Assembly (NCBI GenBank): GCA_963422205.2
Contig: CAXMWX010000009.1
Coordinates: forward strand, 64,001 to 128,000
DNA length: 64,000 nt
From: Gammaproteobacteria bacterium
Lineage (GTDB): Bacteria; Pseudomonadota; Gammaproteobacteria; Eutrophobiales; Eutrophobiaceae
Direction: 5' to 3'
Both the position numbers and the translations under genes were made by a program. The notes beneath the pieces are model-generated. The model made no database searches and was not told the origin of the DNA. It was given only the letters and a program-made list of their open reading frames with translations. Shown here in pieces: positions 1 to 10,365 of this stretch. The stretch's first letter is position 1. Every line of letters starts with the position of its first letter.

Positions 1-201
1 CACCTGCCCGCCCTGTCTTGCCCGCTTGGGTTTTGCTGATCAGCGCCGGGAGATCTGGCGGGCTGGCCGAACGGCAATACAACCGCAAGGCGATAACGGG
101 ATCAGTCTGCCGGACAGGCACCAGGGCGGGGCGGGCGCCTACAGCGGGATGAGCAGATCAAACAGCACACCTCGCCGGTGCCGCCTGATGGCAAGGCCGA
201 C

Positions 202-771
202 ATGAGTCAGCGCCTGTTTATTCTGGCAGTGGTCATTGCGGCAGCAGCCGGCAGTGCCTGGCTGTTGCAGCGGCTGTCAGCCGTGCAGAACACCGGCACC
301 GCCATTGACTATCATGAGCCGGATTATTATCTGGAGGACTTTACTACCGTGACGATGGCAGAAGATGGCACACCGAAACACAAGCTCTATGCCGTCTACC
401 TGGCGCATTATGCTGACAATGACACCAGCGAGATGTTAAAACCGACCATGGAGATATTTCGAACGGACCGCTTGCCCGTGTATATCAAGGCCGATAAGGG
501 CTGGGCGACCGCAGGCAATGAGGTTGTTTTTCTGCAGGGGGCTGTCAGGCTGTGGGAGTATGATGAGGCTGGAAATTATGTCATGCAGGTAGAGACCAGC
601 GAAGTACAGGTGTTGCTGAATGATGAGTATGCAGAGACAGATAACTACGCCAGGATCACCACCAGCGATTCAATCATCACCGGCACAGGCATGCGTGCTT
701 TTTTGCCTGACAGCCGCCTGGAAATCATCCGCCATGAAAAAACCACGATTGATGCCAGCACGGGCGGTTAG
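202..771 (+). CDS. lptC: LPS export ABC transporter periplasmic protein LptC
   Basis: N-terminal TM helix followed by PDYYLEDF...G...L.A..L.HY motif; first gene of lptC-lptA-lptB-rpoN. ATG at 202 preferred over GTG at 178. Confidence 0.9.
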   Translation: MSQRLFILAVVIAAAAGSAWLLQRLSAVQNTGTAIDYHEPDYYLEDFTTVTMAEDGTPKHKLYAVYLAHYADNDTSEMLKPTMEIFRTDRLPVYIKADKGWATAGNEVVFLQGAVRLWEYDEAGNYVMQVETSEVQVLLNDEYAETDNYARITTSDSIITGTGMRAFLPDSRLEIIRHEKTTIDASTGG

Positions 772-1366
772 TCAGTCTCTGCTGATGCTGCTGGCGGTTA
801 TCTTCGCCGCATCTGCTTATGGTCTGACAACGGACAAGGATCAGCCGATCGAGGTTGAAGCCGATGCGGCGGAACTCGATGATCTGAAAAACATCAGCAT
901 CTACACCGGCGATGTTATCGTCATTCAAGGCTCTATCAAGATGACCGGCGATGAGATGACAGTCTACTACACCGAAGATAACGAGCTGGACTCGATGATC
1001 ATGCAGGGCCAACATGCCACGTACCGGCAACTGCCCGATGACAGCACCATCTACGATCAGGCCGTTGCCTATCAAATGGAATATTATGAGCAGAAAAACC
1101 TGATCATACTCATCGGCGATGCCTGTGTTAAGCAGGAGGAGTCCGTCATCACGGGCGAGCGCATTGAATACGACACCCTGCTAAGTCGGGTGAAGGCATT
1201 TAACCAGCCCAAAGAAGTGCTGCCGAATGCAGCACCGCCTAAGGAGAAATCGCGGGTCAAGCTGGTGATCAGAAAAGACGATGCCGGGACAGCGGTGGCC
1301 ACCACGCCGCCCGCCCTGCCGGCGGACTGCAAGATCATCCCGGCACCCCAACCAGCAGCGCCATGA
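734..1366 (+). CDS. lptA: LPS transport periplasmic protein LptA
   Basis: Signal peptide then [14 protein letters not shown]...[17 protein letters not shown] OstA-like beta-jellyroll; lies between lptC and lptB; start could be 734 or 752. Confidence 0.9.
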   Translation: MKKPRLMPARAVSQSLLMLLAVIFAASAYGLTTDKDQPIEVEADAAELDDLKNISIYTGDVIVIQGSIKMTGDEMTVYYTEDNELDSMIMQGQHATYRQLPDDSTIYDQAVAYQMEYYEQKNLIILIGDACVKQEESVITGERIEYDTLLSRVKAFNQPKEVLPNAAPPKEKSRVKLVIRKDDAGTAVATTPPALPADCKIIPAPQPAAP

Positions 1367-1385
1367 CCGCCGCAGGAGCTTGCCC

Positions 1386-2111
1386 ATGAGTGTGTTGGCC
1401 GTGCACCACCTGTCAAAGAAATTTCGCGCCCGTCAGGTGGTGCGCGATGTCAGCCTGTCGGTGAGCAGCGGCGAGATCGTCGGCCTGCTCGGCCCTAACG
1501 GGGCCGGCAAGACGACCAGTTTTCACATGATCGTCGGGCTGATTCCCTCCGATGCCGGCACTATCTGCCTCAATGATCGGGAAATAAGCACATTGCCGAT
1601 GGACAAGCGCGCCCGCCTGGGGCTGGGATACCTGCCACAGGAGTCCTCCATTTTTCGCAAGCTCACGGTGGCCGAGAACATCATGGCCATCCTGGAGACC
1701 CGCCGCACTTTAAGCCGTACCGAGGCCAAACAACGCTTGGAAGCCTTGCTGAACGAGTTTCATGTCAGTCATTTGCGAGATAATCCTGGCATCAGCCTGT
1801 CCGGCGGTGAGCGCAGACGGGTTGAGATTGCTCGTGCGCTGGCCACCGAGCCGCGCTTTTTGCTGCTCGATGAGCCCTTTGCCGGAATCGATCCCATCTC
1901 CATCAGCGACATACAACGCATTACCCGCTACCTGGCCGAGATTGGCATCGGCATATTGATCACCGATCATAATGTGCGCGAAACCTTGGGATCGTGCGAC
2001 CGCGCCTATATCGTCATTGACGGTAAAATACAGGCCGAAGGCAACGCCGAGGCCATTCTCGCCGACAGCCGGGTGCGAGAGGTCTACCTGGGCGAGCAGT
2101 TCAAATTGTAA
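1386..2111 (+). CDS. lptB: LPS export ABC transporter ATPase LptB
   Basis: [12 protein letters not shown] Walker [16 protein letters not shown] signature, [20 protein letters not shown], ends VYLGEQFKL. Confidence 0.97.
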   Translation: MSVLAVHHLSKKFRARQVVRDVSLSVSSGEIVGLLGPNGAGKTTSFHMIVGLIPSDAGTICLNDREISTLPMDKRARLGLGYLPQESSIFRKLTVAENIMAILETRRTLSRTEAKQRLEALLNEFHVSHLRDNPGISLSGGERRRVEIARALATEPRFLLLDEPFAGIDPISISDIQRITRYLAEIGIGILITDHNVRETLGSCDRAYIVIDGKIQAEGNAEAILADSRVREVYLGEQFKL

Positions 2112-2164
2112 TTTTTCTTATCAGGAGACAGCAATCAGTCCGCTTTTTGCGCTAAAATTTCACC

Positions 2165-3618
2165 ATGAAGCAATCCCTGCAACTCAAGCTCAGTCACAGC
2201 CTGACCATGACGCCGCAATTACAGCAGGCCATTCGGCTGCTGCAATTATCCAGCGCCGAGTTGCACGGCGAGATCCAGGAGGCGCTGGATTCCAACATGA
2301 TGCTGGAGCTGGATGAGGGCGAGGGCGAGAATCCGCTGCCGCCGACAGCCGAGGCCGCTGATGCGCCCGCCCCCGAACCTGCCGATACGCAGGTGCTGGC
2401 AGAGACCGATACCATTCCCGATGAGTTGCCGGTAGATACGGCATGGGATGATATCTACGATAGCCATGCCATTTCTCACCGCAGCCGGGAAGCATACGAA
2501 TACAACGGCTTTGAGAACCGGGATGGCAGCGAGAAGAGCCTGGCCGAGCATCTGCGCTGGCAGCTTAACCTAAGCAACCGTTCAGAGACAGACCGGGCGA
2601 TTGCCATCGCGATTATCGATTCCCTGGATGATGATGGCTATCTGACGTGCAGCCTTGAGGATATCCATGCAACGATCAACCTGGCCGAGGTTGGGCTGGA
2701 TGAGATCGAGGCCGTGTTGCACATGGTCCAGGCGCTTGACCCCACTGGCATCGGCGCACGGAATTTGCAGGAATGCCTGCACCTGCAATTAAACCAATGC
2801 GATGATGAGACGCCCTGGCTGGGCCCGGCCAAGACCCTGGTAAGCCAGTATCTGCCCCTGCTCGCCGCCCATGACTATAACCAGTTGATACGCAAGCTGG
2901 GGCTGGAGCGGGCGCAACTGGTGCAGGTGATCGCCCTGATCCAGTCCTTAAACCCCCCGCCCCGGCAATCAGGTGCAGGCAAGCCATACCGAATATATCG
3001 TGCCGGATGTCTATGTGAGCAAGAAAAAAGGGCTGTGGAAGGTTGAATTGAACACCGAGGCGGTGCCGCAGCTACGCATCAATCCGGGCTATGCCCGCAT
3101 GGTCAAACGGGCCGATAACAGCCGTGATAACACTTCGCTCAAGAATCACTTGCAGGAGGCACGCTGGTTTATCAGGAGCCTGCAAAGCCGTGGCGAGACC
3201 CTGCTGCGCGTTGCCACCAGTATTGTTGAGCGGCAGCGCGCTTTTCTGGAATACGGCGAGGAGGCGATGCGCCCGCTGGTGCTGCACGACATTGCCGATG
3301 GCCTTGACCTACACGAATCCACCATCTCACGGGTGACCACGAGGAAATACATGCACACGCCACGCGGCGTGTTTGAGCTGAAATATTTTTTCTCCAGCCA
3401 CGTGAACACCGAACAGGGCGGCGTCTGCTCATCGACTGCCATCCGCGCCCTGATAAAAAAACTCATCCAGGCCGAGCCGCCGGAAAAGCCGTTAAGCGAC
3501 AGCAAGCTGGCCGCCCTGTTATCAGAGCAGGGGATCCGGGTTGCCCGCCGGACAGTCGCCAAGTATCGAGAGTCCCATGGCCATACCGCCGTCCAATGAG
3601 CGCAAATGGCTGGCCTGA
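2165..3618 (+). pseudogene. rpoN: RNA polymerase sigma-54 factor, two +1 frameshifts in this sequence (possibly sequencing errors)
   Basis: MKQSLQLKL..LTMTPQLQQAIRLLQLS N-terminus; HESTISR HTH; RpoN box [10 protein letters not shown]. Removing one C from the C6 run at 2953-2958 and one C from TCCC at 3573-3576 restores a continuous 483-aa protein ending [15 protein letters not shown]. Confidence 0.93.
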
Positions 3619-3726
3619 TCTTAAAGGCTTTCTGCCCGGCAAGAGAAATGGCAACAACCCCATGCTTACTGGCCGGGCAACGCCTGCACCCCAACCCAAC
3701 AAGCCCTTAGGTTTTAAGGAGAACCC

Positions 3727-4020
3727 ATGCAACTCAACCTTACCGGCCATCACCTGGATATCACCCCTGCAATACGATCCTATGTAGAGACCAAACTGGA
3801 AAAAATAACGCGCCATTTTGATCACATCACGCATGCCCATGTCATCTTGAGCATCGAGAGAGAGCGCCAGAAGGCTGAGGCCACCATCCATGTCAACCGC
3901 GCCAATATTCACGCCGATGCCGAACACAACGACATGTATGCGGCGATAGACAAGCTGACAGATAAACTCGATCGTCAGGTAAAAAAACACAAAGAGAAAC
4001 TGACCCGTCATCGTGGCTAG
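3727..4020 (+). CDS. hpf: ribosome hibernation promoting factor (short HPF)
   Basis: MQLNLTGHHLDITPAIRSYV...DMYAAIDKLTDKLDRQVKKHKEK; directly downstream of rpoN. Confidence 0.96.
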   Translation: MQLNLTGHHLDITPAIRSYVETKLEKITRHFDHITHAHVILSIERERQKAEATIHVNRANIHADAEHNDMYAAIDKLTDKLDRQVKKHKEKLTRHRG

Positions 4021-4062
4021 GCCCCGGCCTCATCCTTTAAGATAACGGCGAGAGGGAACATC

Positions 4063-4509
4063 ATGCAGATTGCCGACATCCTTGATGCCAGCCGCATCGT
4101 CTGTGGCGTGGAGAAAAGCAGCAAGAAGGCCGCGCTGGAGGCCACTGCCACACTGCTCGCCAGCGCCAGCGACAGCCTGTCGCAAGGGCAGGTGTTCGAC
4201 ACCTTGTTAAGCCGGGAGCGGCTCGGCAGCACCGGTCTTGGCAATGGCATCGCTCTGCCGCATGGCCGGCTGAAAAACGGCGACATGACGATTGGGGCTT
4301 TTGTCCGGCTGAAATCCGGCATTGATTATGACGCCACCGACAAACAGCCGGTCGATATATTATTTGCGTTGCTGGTGCCGGAGGAATCCACCGAGGAACA
4401 CCTGCAAATCCTCGCCCGGATTGCAGAGAAATTCAGCCAGGCAGACTTGCAGACCAAACTGCGTACTGAGGATAACATCGAGGCCCTGTTTGCACTGCTG
4501 ACAGGCTGA
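4063..4509 (+). CDS. ptsN: PTS IIA-like nitrogen regulatory protein EIIA(Ntr)
   Basis: RERLGSTGLGNGIALPHGR with phospho-His; D.QPVD..FALLVP..HLQILA; rpoN operon position. Confidence 0.95.
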   Translation: MQIADILDASRIVCGVEKSSKKAALEATATLLASASDSLSQGQVFDTLLSRERLGSTGLGNGIALPHGRLKNGDMTIGAFVRLKSGIDYDATDKQPVDILFALLVPEESTEEHLQILARIAEKFSQADLQTKLRTEDNIEALFALLTG

Positions 4510-4513
4510 AGCT

Positions 4514-5536
4514 ATGGTCAACATCGTCAACAAGATCACCGTGGATGATTTGTACCAGAGGCATGGTGAGCTGTTGAACCTGCAATGGATAGCCGGCCGG
4601 CAAGGCGGGCAACGGGTGGTCGTACCGGAAATCGTCTACCCGCCACAGGCCCCGGCGGTCAGCGATGATCGGGAGGCAATCGCCAAGACAACCAGACGAG
4701 ATCATATCGGCAAGTCGCTGGTGGGTTATCTGAACCTGATTCACCCGCACCAGGTACAGCTACTCGGTAAGGTGGAATTGGACTTTCTCCACAAGCTGCG
4801 TGATATCACGCAAGAAGATACGCTCAGGGAAATCTATGCACACCAGCCGGTCTGCATGATCATCACCGATGACTGCCAGGCGCCCGAGGTGCTGGTACAC
4901 AAATGCAATCAGACCAATGTGCCGCTGTTCAAGACCGCCACGGTCAGCGCCAGGGTATCGGACACCTTGCGCTATTTCCTGACCAATATGTTTGCCGATG
5001 TGGTGACCGTGCATGGCGTGTTCATGGAGGTGATGGGCATCGGCGTACTGATCAGCGGCCCCAGTGCCGCCGGCAAGAGCGAACTGGCGCTGGAACTGAT
5101 CACCCGAGGTCACCGGTTGATTGCCGATGATGCCCCGGAGTTCTCAAAAATCGCCCCCGATATTGTGCGCGGCAGTTGTCCCCATGCGCTGATGGATTTC
5201 CTTGAGGTGCGCGGCCTTGGCATCATTAATGTGCGAAGATTGTATGGCGAGAATGCGGTAAAAAAAGAGAAATATCTGCGCCTCATCATCCGCCTGGAGC
5301 GCATGCAGACAGAAGCATTGAACACCCTGGACCGGCTGGGGGGCAGCTATCGCCAGGCCCGGCTGTTTGATCTGGATATTCCCGAAATCACTTTGCCCGT
5401 TGCGCCCGGGCGCAATATGGCCATCCTGGTTGAAAGCGCCGTGCGTAATCATGTGCTGAGGATGAGCGGCTATGATTCCTCCAGGGACTTTATCGATCAC
5501 CAGCAGCGGCTGGTCAAGGGCAGAAGTGAAGGCTGA
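4514..5536 (+). CDS. hprK: HPr(Ser) kinase/phosphorylase
   Basis: VHGVFMEVMGIGVLISGPSAAGKSELALELITRGHRLIADD, LEVRGLGIIN, PVAPGRN.A..VE.A motifs. Confidence 0.96.
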   Translation: MVNIVNKITVDDLYQRHGELLNLQWIAGRQGGQRVVVPEIVYPPQAPAVSDDREAIAKTTRRDHIGKSLVGYLNLIHPHQVQLLGKVELDFLHKLRDITQEDTLREIYAHQPVCMIITDDCQAPEVLVHKCNQTNVPLFKTATVSARVSDTLRYFLTNMFADVVTVHGVFMEVMGIGVLISGPSAAGKSELALELITRGHRLIADDAPEFSKIAPDIVRGSCPHALMDFLEVRGLGIINVRRLYGENAVKKEKYLRLIIRLERMQTEALNTLDRLGGSYRQARLFDLDIPEITLPVAPGRNMAILVESAVRNHVLRMSGYDSSRDFIDHQQRLVKGRSEG

Positions 5537-6417
5537 ACCGCCCCGGCTGACGGTCATCAGCGGCTCATCCGGTGCCGGCAAATCCGTTGTCCTGCATACG
5601 CTCGAAGATGCCGGCTATTACTGCATAGACAACCTGCCCATCTCGCTGCTGGCACAGCTCCCGGCACACATTACGCAAGGAGCTCGAGGGGGCGATCAAG
5701 AAGGCGATCACAGGCCGGAAAGGGTTGCCATTGGCATTGATGTACGCAGCAGCCTGGGTCGGATCAGCGCCTTGCAGCAACAGATGGACGCCTTACAGGC
5801 CGCCGGCCTTGACACGGAAATCATCTTCCTTGATGCGGCTGATGAGGTCTTGACAAAACGTTTCAGCGAAACGAGACGCAAACATCCCCTGTCATCGGCA
5901 ACCGTAGCCTTGGCAGAGGCCATCAGCGAAGAGCGGCGGGTGCTTGAGGGCATCTCGGCCATCGCCGATCTGACGATTGACACCAGCAGCACCAGCGTAC
6001 ATGAATTGCGCCAGCGGATACGGGAGCTGATCGTCCGGGGAACAGCCGGCAGCCTGGCGATGCAGTTGCTGTCCTTCGGCTTCAAGCACGGAACGCCACG
6101 GGATGCCGATTTTATTTTTGATGTCCGCTGCCTGCCTAACCCGCACTGGTACCCAACACCTACGGCAGTTATCCGGCCTGGATGAGCCGGTGCAGACCTT
6201 CCTCGCCAGAGAACACGCCGTCACCGACATGATTGCCGACATCGCTGCGTTCATGAACAAGTGGATCCCGCTATTCATCGCCGAGAATCGCAGCTACCTT
6301 ACCCTTGGCGTGGGTTGTACCGGCGGCCACCACCGATCGGTTTATATAGTAGAAAAACTCAGCACGATGATTGACAATGACACCCTCAAACCGCAAGTCA
6401 AACACCGAGACATGTAA
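5526..6417 (+). pseudogene. rapZ: RNase adapter RapZ (YhbJ/YvcJ family), one +1 frameshift in this sequence
   Basis: ISGSSGAGKS, YYCIDNLP, RFSETRRKHPL, SFGFKHG.P..AD..FDVRCLPNPHW in one frame; LRQLSGLD...GCTGGHHRSV in the next. One extra base in CCCAA at 6152-6156; the repaired gene is 296 aa from GTG at 5526. Confidence 0.92.
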
Positions 6418-6803
6418 TGTCAGCAGGTCTGCTAATTTTAAGCCATACCGGCATCGGCCCGGTGCTGCTTGGCACCGCCACCAACATGCTGGGCGAGATC
6501 CCCATGCCCGCCAAGGCCCTCACCGCCGCCCGTAATTGTGATCTGGAGGATGTCTACGATCACGCCCGGGAGCTGGTGCATGAGTTGGACAGCGGCGCCG
6601 GCGTCTTGATCCTGACCGATCTGATCGGCTCAACGCCCAGCAACATCGCCGGCGGGCTGCTGGCCATGGAAAACGTTCGCATCGTCACCGGCCTGAACCT
6701 GTCCATGCTGCTGAGAGTGCTTAACTACCACGAGTTAAGCCTGGCCGAACTGGTAGAGAAGGCGATCACCGGCGGGCGGGACGGCATCGCCGAGCTTGAA
6801 TGA
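6417..6803 (+). CDS. PTS mannose/fructose-type EIIA component (stand-alone)
   Basis: GLLILSH phospho-His motif, GVLILTDLIGSTPSN, GLNLSMLLR. Confidence 0.92.
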   Translation: MSAGLLILSHTGIGPVLLGTATNMLGEIPMPAKALTAARNCDLEDVYDHARELVHELDSGAGVLILTDLIGSTPSNIAGGLLAMENVRIVTGLNLSMLLRVLNYHELSLAELVEKAITGGRDGIAELE

Positions 6804-6809
6804 CGTACC

Positions 6810-7079
6810 ATGTTAAGCAAGCAGATAACCATCATCAACAAGCTGGGCCTGCACGCCCGGGCGGCGGCGGCCTTTGTGCAGAAGGCATCCGCCTTCAAAG
6901 CGGACATCAACGTCATCATCGATGGCAAAAAGGTGAATGGCAAAAGCATCATGGGCCTGATGATGCTGGCGGCAGCGAAAGGCACCACGATTGAGTTGAC
7001 CACCTGCGGCAACGATGAGGCCGAGGCCATGCACGGCCTGGAATCGCTGATCTTAAATCGCTTTGGCGAACCAGAGTGA
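6810..7079 (+). CDS. ptsH: phosphocarrier protein HPr
   Basis: INKLGLHARAAA (His15) and NGKSIMGLMML (Ser46). Confidence 0.93.
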   Translation: MLSKQITIINKLGLHARAAAAFVQKASAFKADINVIIDGKKVNGKSIMGLMMLAAAKGTTIELTTCGNDEAEAMHGLESLILNRFGEPE

Positions 7080-8821
7080 CCGTATCGCTCTATGGCATGG
7101 GGGTCTCACGGGGCATTGCCATCGGCAAGGCCCATATCATTCAGCGTGATCAGCTGGATATTCCTGAATACATGATTGCCAGCGAAGGCATCGGGGCGGA
7201 AGTTGACCGGCTGAACGAGGCGGTCAATCAGGCCAAACAACAGTTGCACGCCATACGGGATCATATTCCCGCCGAAACCACCTCGGAAATTGCGGCGTTT
7301 ATCGACACCCACCTGCTGATGCTCGATGACTCGGCCCTGCTGGCCGAGCCCATACGCCTGATCCGGCAGAGATGTTTCAATGCCGAGTGGGCCTTGAAGA
7401 TGCAACGTGATGCGCTGGTCAGCGTGTTTGATGAGATGGACGATGCCTATCTACGCACCCGCAAAGACGATATCGGGCATGTGGTCAACCGGGTGCAGCG
7501 CATTCTGCTAAAACAAACGCCGTTGCGGCACGAAGAGCCGGACAGTCGCCTCGCCGGCTATATCGTCATCGCCGATGATCTGGCCCCGGCCGATACCGTG
7601 TTGATACAGCATCACGGCATCGCCGCCTTCGCCACAGAACATGGCGGCCCGACTTCCCACACCTCCATCCTGGCCCGCAGCCTGGGCGTGCCGGCGATCG
7701 TCGGGCTGAACGAAGCTGAGCGCTACGTAAAGGAAGATGAGCTGGTTATCATTGATGGCGGCAGCGGTGTCATGCTCATTGACCCGGATGAGAACATCCT
7801 CGCCCATTACCGGCAAAAACGCCAGCAGGACCGGGCGTATGACTCCTCGCTGACCGCCCTGAAAGAAGCGCCCGCCAAAACCACAGATAACATCGCCATC
7901 ACCCTGCAAGCCAATATCGAGTTGCCACAGGATTTTGACATCGTCCGGCAGGTCGGGGCGAGCGGTGTCGGGCTGTATCGCACCGAGTTTTTGTACATGA
8001 ACCGGGAACACCCGCCAGAGGAAGAGGAGCATTTTGCCACCTACCTGTCGGTGCTGGATGCCCTAGCCGGCCTGCCGCTGACCATTCGCACCGTCGATCT
8101 GGGGGCTGACAAACAGGTTGACGGCGGCCATCAGGGCGGGGCGGTGCAGTCAAATCCGGCCCTGGGGCTGCGTGCTGTCAGGTTGTGTTTGCGGGAATCG
8201 GGGCTGTTTCGCCCACAGATCAGGGCGATATTGCGCGCCTCGGCACACGGCAAGGTCAGGCTGATGCTGCCCATGTTATCCAGCCCGCAAGAAACCTTGC
8301 AGGTGATCGCCATTATTGATGAGATCAAGGCCGAGCTCCGCCGGGAAGGCGTTGACTTCGATCATGATATCCCCATTGGCGGCATGATCGAGGTGCCGGC
8401 GGCTGCCATCTGCGCCGACATCTTCGCCAGGGATCTGGATTTTTTATCCCTCGGCACCAACGATCTCATCCAGTACACCATCGCCATTGACCGGGTAAAC
8501 AATGAAGTCAATTACCTGTATGATCCGTTGCACCCGGCCGTCCTGAGACTGATACAAACCACGCTGGCGGCGGGCAAGCAGGCCGGCATACCGGTGGCGA
8601 TGTGTGGCGAGATGGCCGGCGATCCCAAATACACCCGCCTGTTGCTGGGCATGGGTTTGACCGAGTTCAGTCTGCATCCGAATAATCTGCTGCAAGTAAA
8701 AAAAATCATCATGGAAAGCAACATGGCCGAGCTGTTGGAACTGGCCGCCGCTGCCCTGAAGGCGAAATCCGGCCCGGAGGTGCAAATCGCCCTGGAGCAA
8801 TTCTCCCCCCCGCCTGAATAG
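7076..8821 (+). CDS. ptsI: PEP-protein phosphotransferase, enzyme I (no GAF domain)
   Basis: GGPTSHTSILAR phospho-His, GVGLYRTEFL, IRTVDLGADK, NPALGLRAVR, SLGTNDLIQY, MCGEMAGDP; 581 aa. Confidence 0.96.
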   Translation: MTVSLYGMGVSRGIAIGKAHIIQRDQLDIPEYMIASEGIGAEVDRLNEAVNQAKQQLHAIRDHIPAETTSEIAAFIDTHLLMLDDSALLAEPIRLIRQRCFNAEWALKMQRDALVSVFDEMDDAYLRTRKDDIGHVVNRVQRILLKQTPLRHEEPDSRLAGYIVIADDLAPADTVLIQHHGIAAFATEHGGPTSHTSILARSLGVPAIVGLNEAERYVKEDELVIIDGGSGVMLIDPDENILAHYRQKRQQDRAYDSSLTALKEAPAKTTDNIAITLQANIELPQDFDIVRQVGASGVGLYRTEFLYMNREHPPEEEEHFATYLSVLDALAGLPLTIRTVDLGADKQVDGGHQGGAVQSNPALGLRAVRLCLRESGLFRPQIRAILRASAHGKVRLMLPMLSSPQETLQVIAIIDEIKAELRREGVDFDHDIPIGGMIEVPAAAICADIFARDLDFLSLGTNDLIQYTIAIDRVNNEVNYLYDPLHPAVLRLIQTTLAAGKQAGIPVAMCGEMAGDPKYTRLLLGMGLTEFSLHPNNLLQVKKIIMESNMAELLELAAAALKAKSGPEVQIALEQFSPPPE

Positions 8822-8912
8822 CGGCCATAAGCCAGCCTGGCCTTTTTATCTCGGCCTTTTTATAAGGGCTGCCAACGCTGTTACACTGCCCGCCCGTAAC
8901 CGGCACAGGACC

Positions 8913-10247
8913 ATGAGCGAGGCAACCCCACACGATTCGCTGCTTGAGCAGCTGCATGCCGACAACCTTGATCAGGTGCGATCGCTGTTAAGCCAGTTGC
9001 ACCCCGCCGAGATCGCCGATCTGCTGGAGGCCCTGCCCGGCAAGGAGCGGGCGAAGCTCTGGCAGCAGATCGATCCGGGGGTTGGCGGCGATGTGTTGTC
9101 AGAGGTGCAGGATACGATTCGCGCCGGACTGCTTGAGCAGATGCCGCCGGAGCAGGTGGCTGAAGTCACCCAGGACCTGGATACCGATGATGTCGCCGAC
9201 ATTCTGCAAGACCTGCCGGAGGAGGTGGCTGACACCGTGCTGCTGGCGATGGATGTGCAGAATCGTGAGCGCATTGCCTCGCTCATGTCCTACCCCGAGG
9301 ACACCGCCGGCGGGCTGATGAATACCGATGTGGTCTCGGTGCGTGCCGATGTCAGCCTGGATGTCGTCTCCCGTTACCTGCGCCAGCGCACCGCCCTGCC
9401 GGAGAACACCGACAGCCTGATGGTGGTAGACCGGGAGAATCGCTACTTGGGGTCGTTGACGCTGGCCGATGTGTTGACCAGCCGGGCCGAGCGGACAGTG
9501 GGCGAGGTGATGTCGGCCAGCGTTGGCATCAGCGCCAGGCACTCGGCGCTGGAGGTTGCCCGGCTGTTTGAGCAGCGCGATTTTATCTCGGCGGCGGTGG
9601 TGGATGAGGATGAGAAACTGCTGGGCCGGATCACGATCGATGACGTGGTCGATGTGATCCAGGATGAGGCCGAACATACCGTGATGAGCATGGCCGGGGT
9701 GGTGGACGATGATACCTTCTCATCGATTTTGCAGAGTACCAGAGGCCGTGCGTTGTGGTTGGGGATCAATCTGCTGACGGCCTTCCTCGCCGCCTGGGTG
9801 ATTGGCCGGTTTGCCGAGACGATTCAGCAGCTGGTGGCGCTGGCGATCCTCATGCCCATTGTCGCCAGCATGGGCGGCATCGCCGGCAACCAGACCCTCA
9901 CCATCACTATCCGCGCCCTGGCTTTGGGCCAGCTTAACCGCGCCAGCCGCCGGGCGCTGATCATCAAGGAGAGCACCGTGGGCCTGATCAACGGCGCCTT
10001 ATGGGCGCTGGTGGTTGGCCTGCTGGCCTGGCTGTGGTTTGCCGATGAGGGCTTAGGGGTCATCATCGCCCTGGCCATGATCATCAATCTGCTGGTGGCC
10101 GCCCTGTGCGGGGCCTTGATACCCCTGATGCTAAAACGCATGAACATAGATCCGGCGATTGCCGGCGGTGTGGTATTGACCACGGTCACGGATGTGGTCG
10201 GCTTCATGACGTTCCTGGGGCTGGCCGCTGTGTTTTTGTTGCCTTGA
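8913..10247 (+). CDS. mgtE: magnesium transporter MgtE
   Basis: HPAEIADLLE N-domain, YPEDTAGGLM, CBS pair, PIVASMGGIAGNQ, DPAIAGGVVLTTVTDVVG. Confidence 0.96.
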   Translation: MSEATPHDSLLEQLHADNLDQVRSLLSQLHPAEIADLLEALPGKERAKLWQQIDPGVGGDVLSEVQDTIRAGLLEQMPPEQVAEVTQDLDTDDVADILQDLPEEVADTVLLAMDVQNRERIASLMSYPEDTAGGLMNTDVVSVRADVSLDVVSRYLRQRTALPENTDSLMVVDRENRYLGSLTLADVLTSRAERTVGEVMSASVGISARHSALEVARLFEQRDFISAAVVDEDEKLLGRITIDDVVDVIQDEAEHTVMSMAGVVDDDTFSSILQSTRGRALWLGINLLTAFLAAWVIGRFAETIQQLVALAILMPIVASMGGIAGNQTLTITIRALALGQLNRASRRALIIKESTVGLINGALWALVVGLLAWLWFADEGLGVIIALAMIINLLVAALCGALIPLMLKRMNIDPAIAGGVVLTTVTDVVGFMTFLGLAAVFLLP

Positions 10248-10365
10248 TTTTCTATTGCCTTGCGTGGCTTGCTGACAGTTGCCCCCATAAGAGCGAGGGC
10301 CGGCCAATCCTTGTGATGGCCGATTATTTCTGGATAATATTCCAAACACTGGACGGACGGGAAAT

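Noticed and set aside
1-201. Possible 3' end of kdsC or an ncRNA upstream of lptC
   Set aside because: Frame 2 is open to 205 but shows no convincing KdsC motif, and no RNA family is recognisable.
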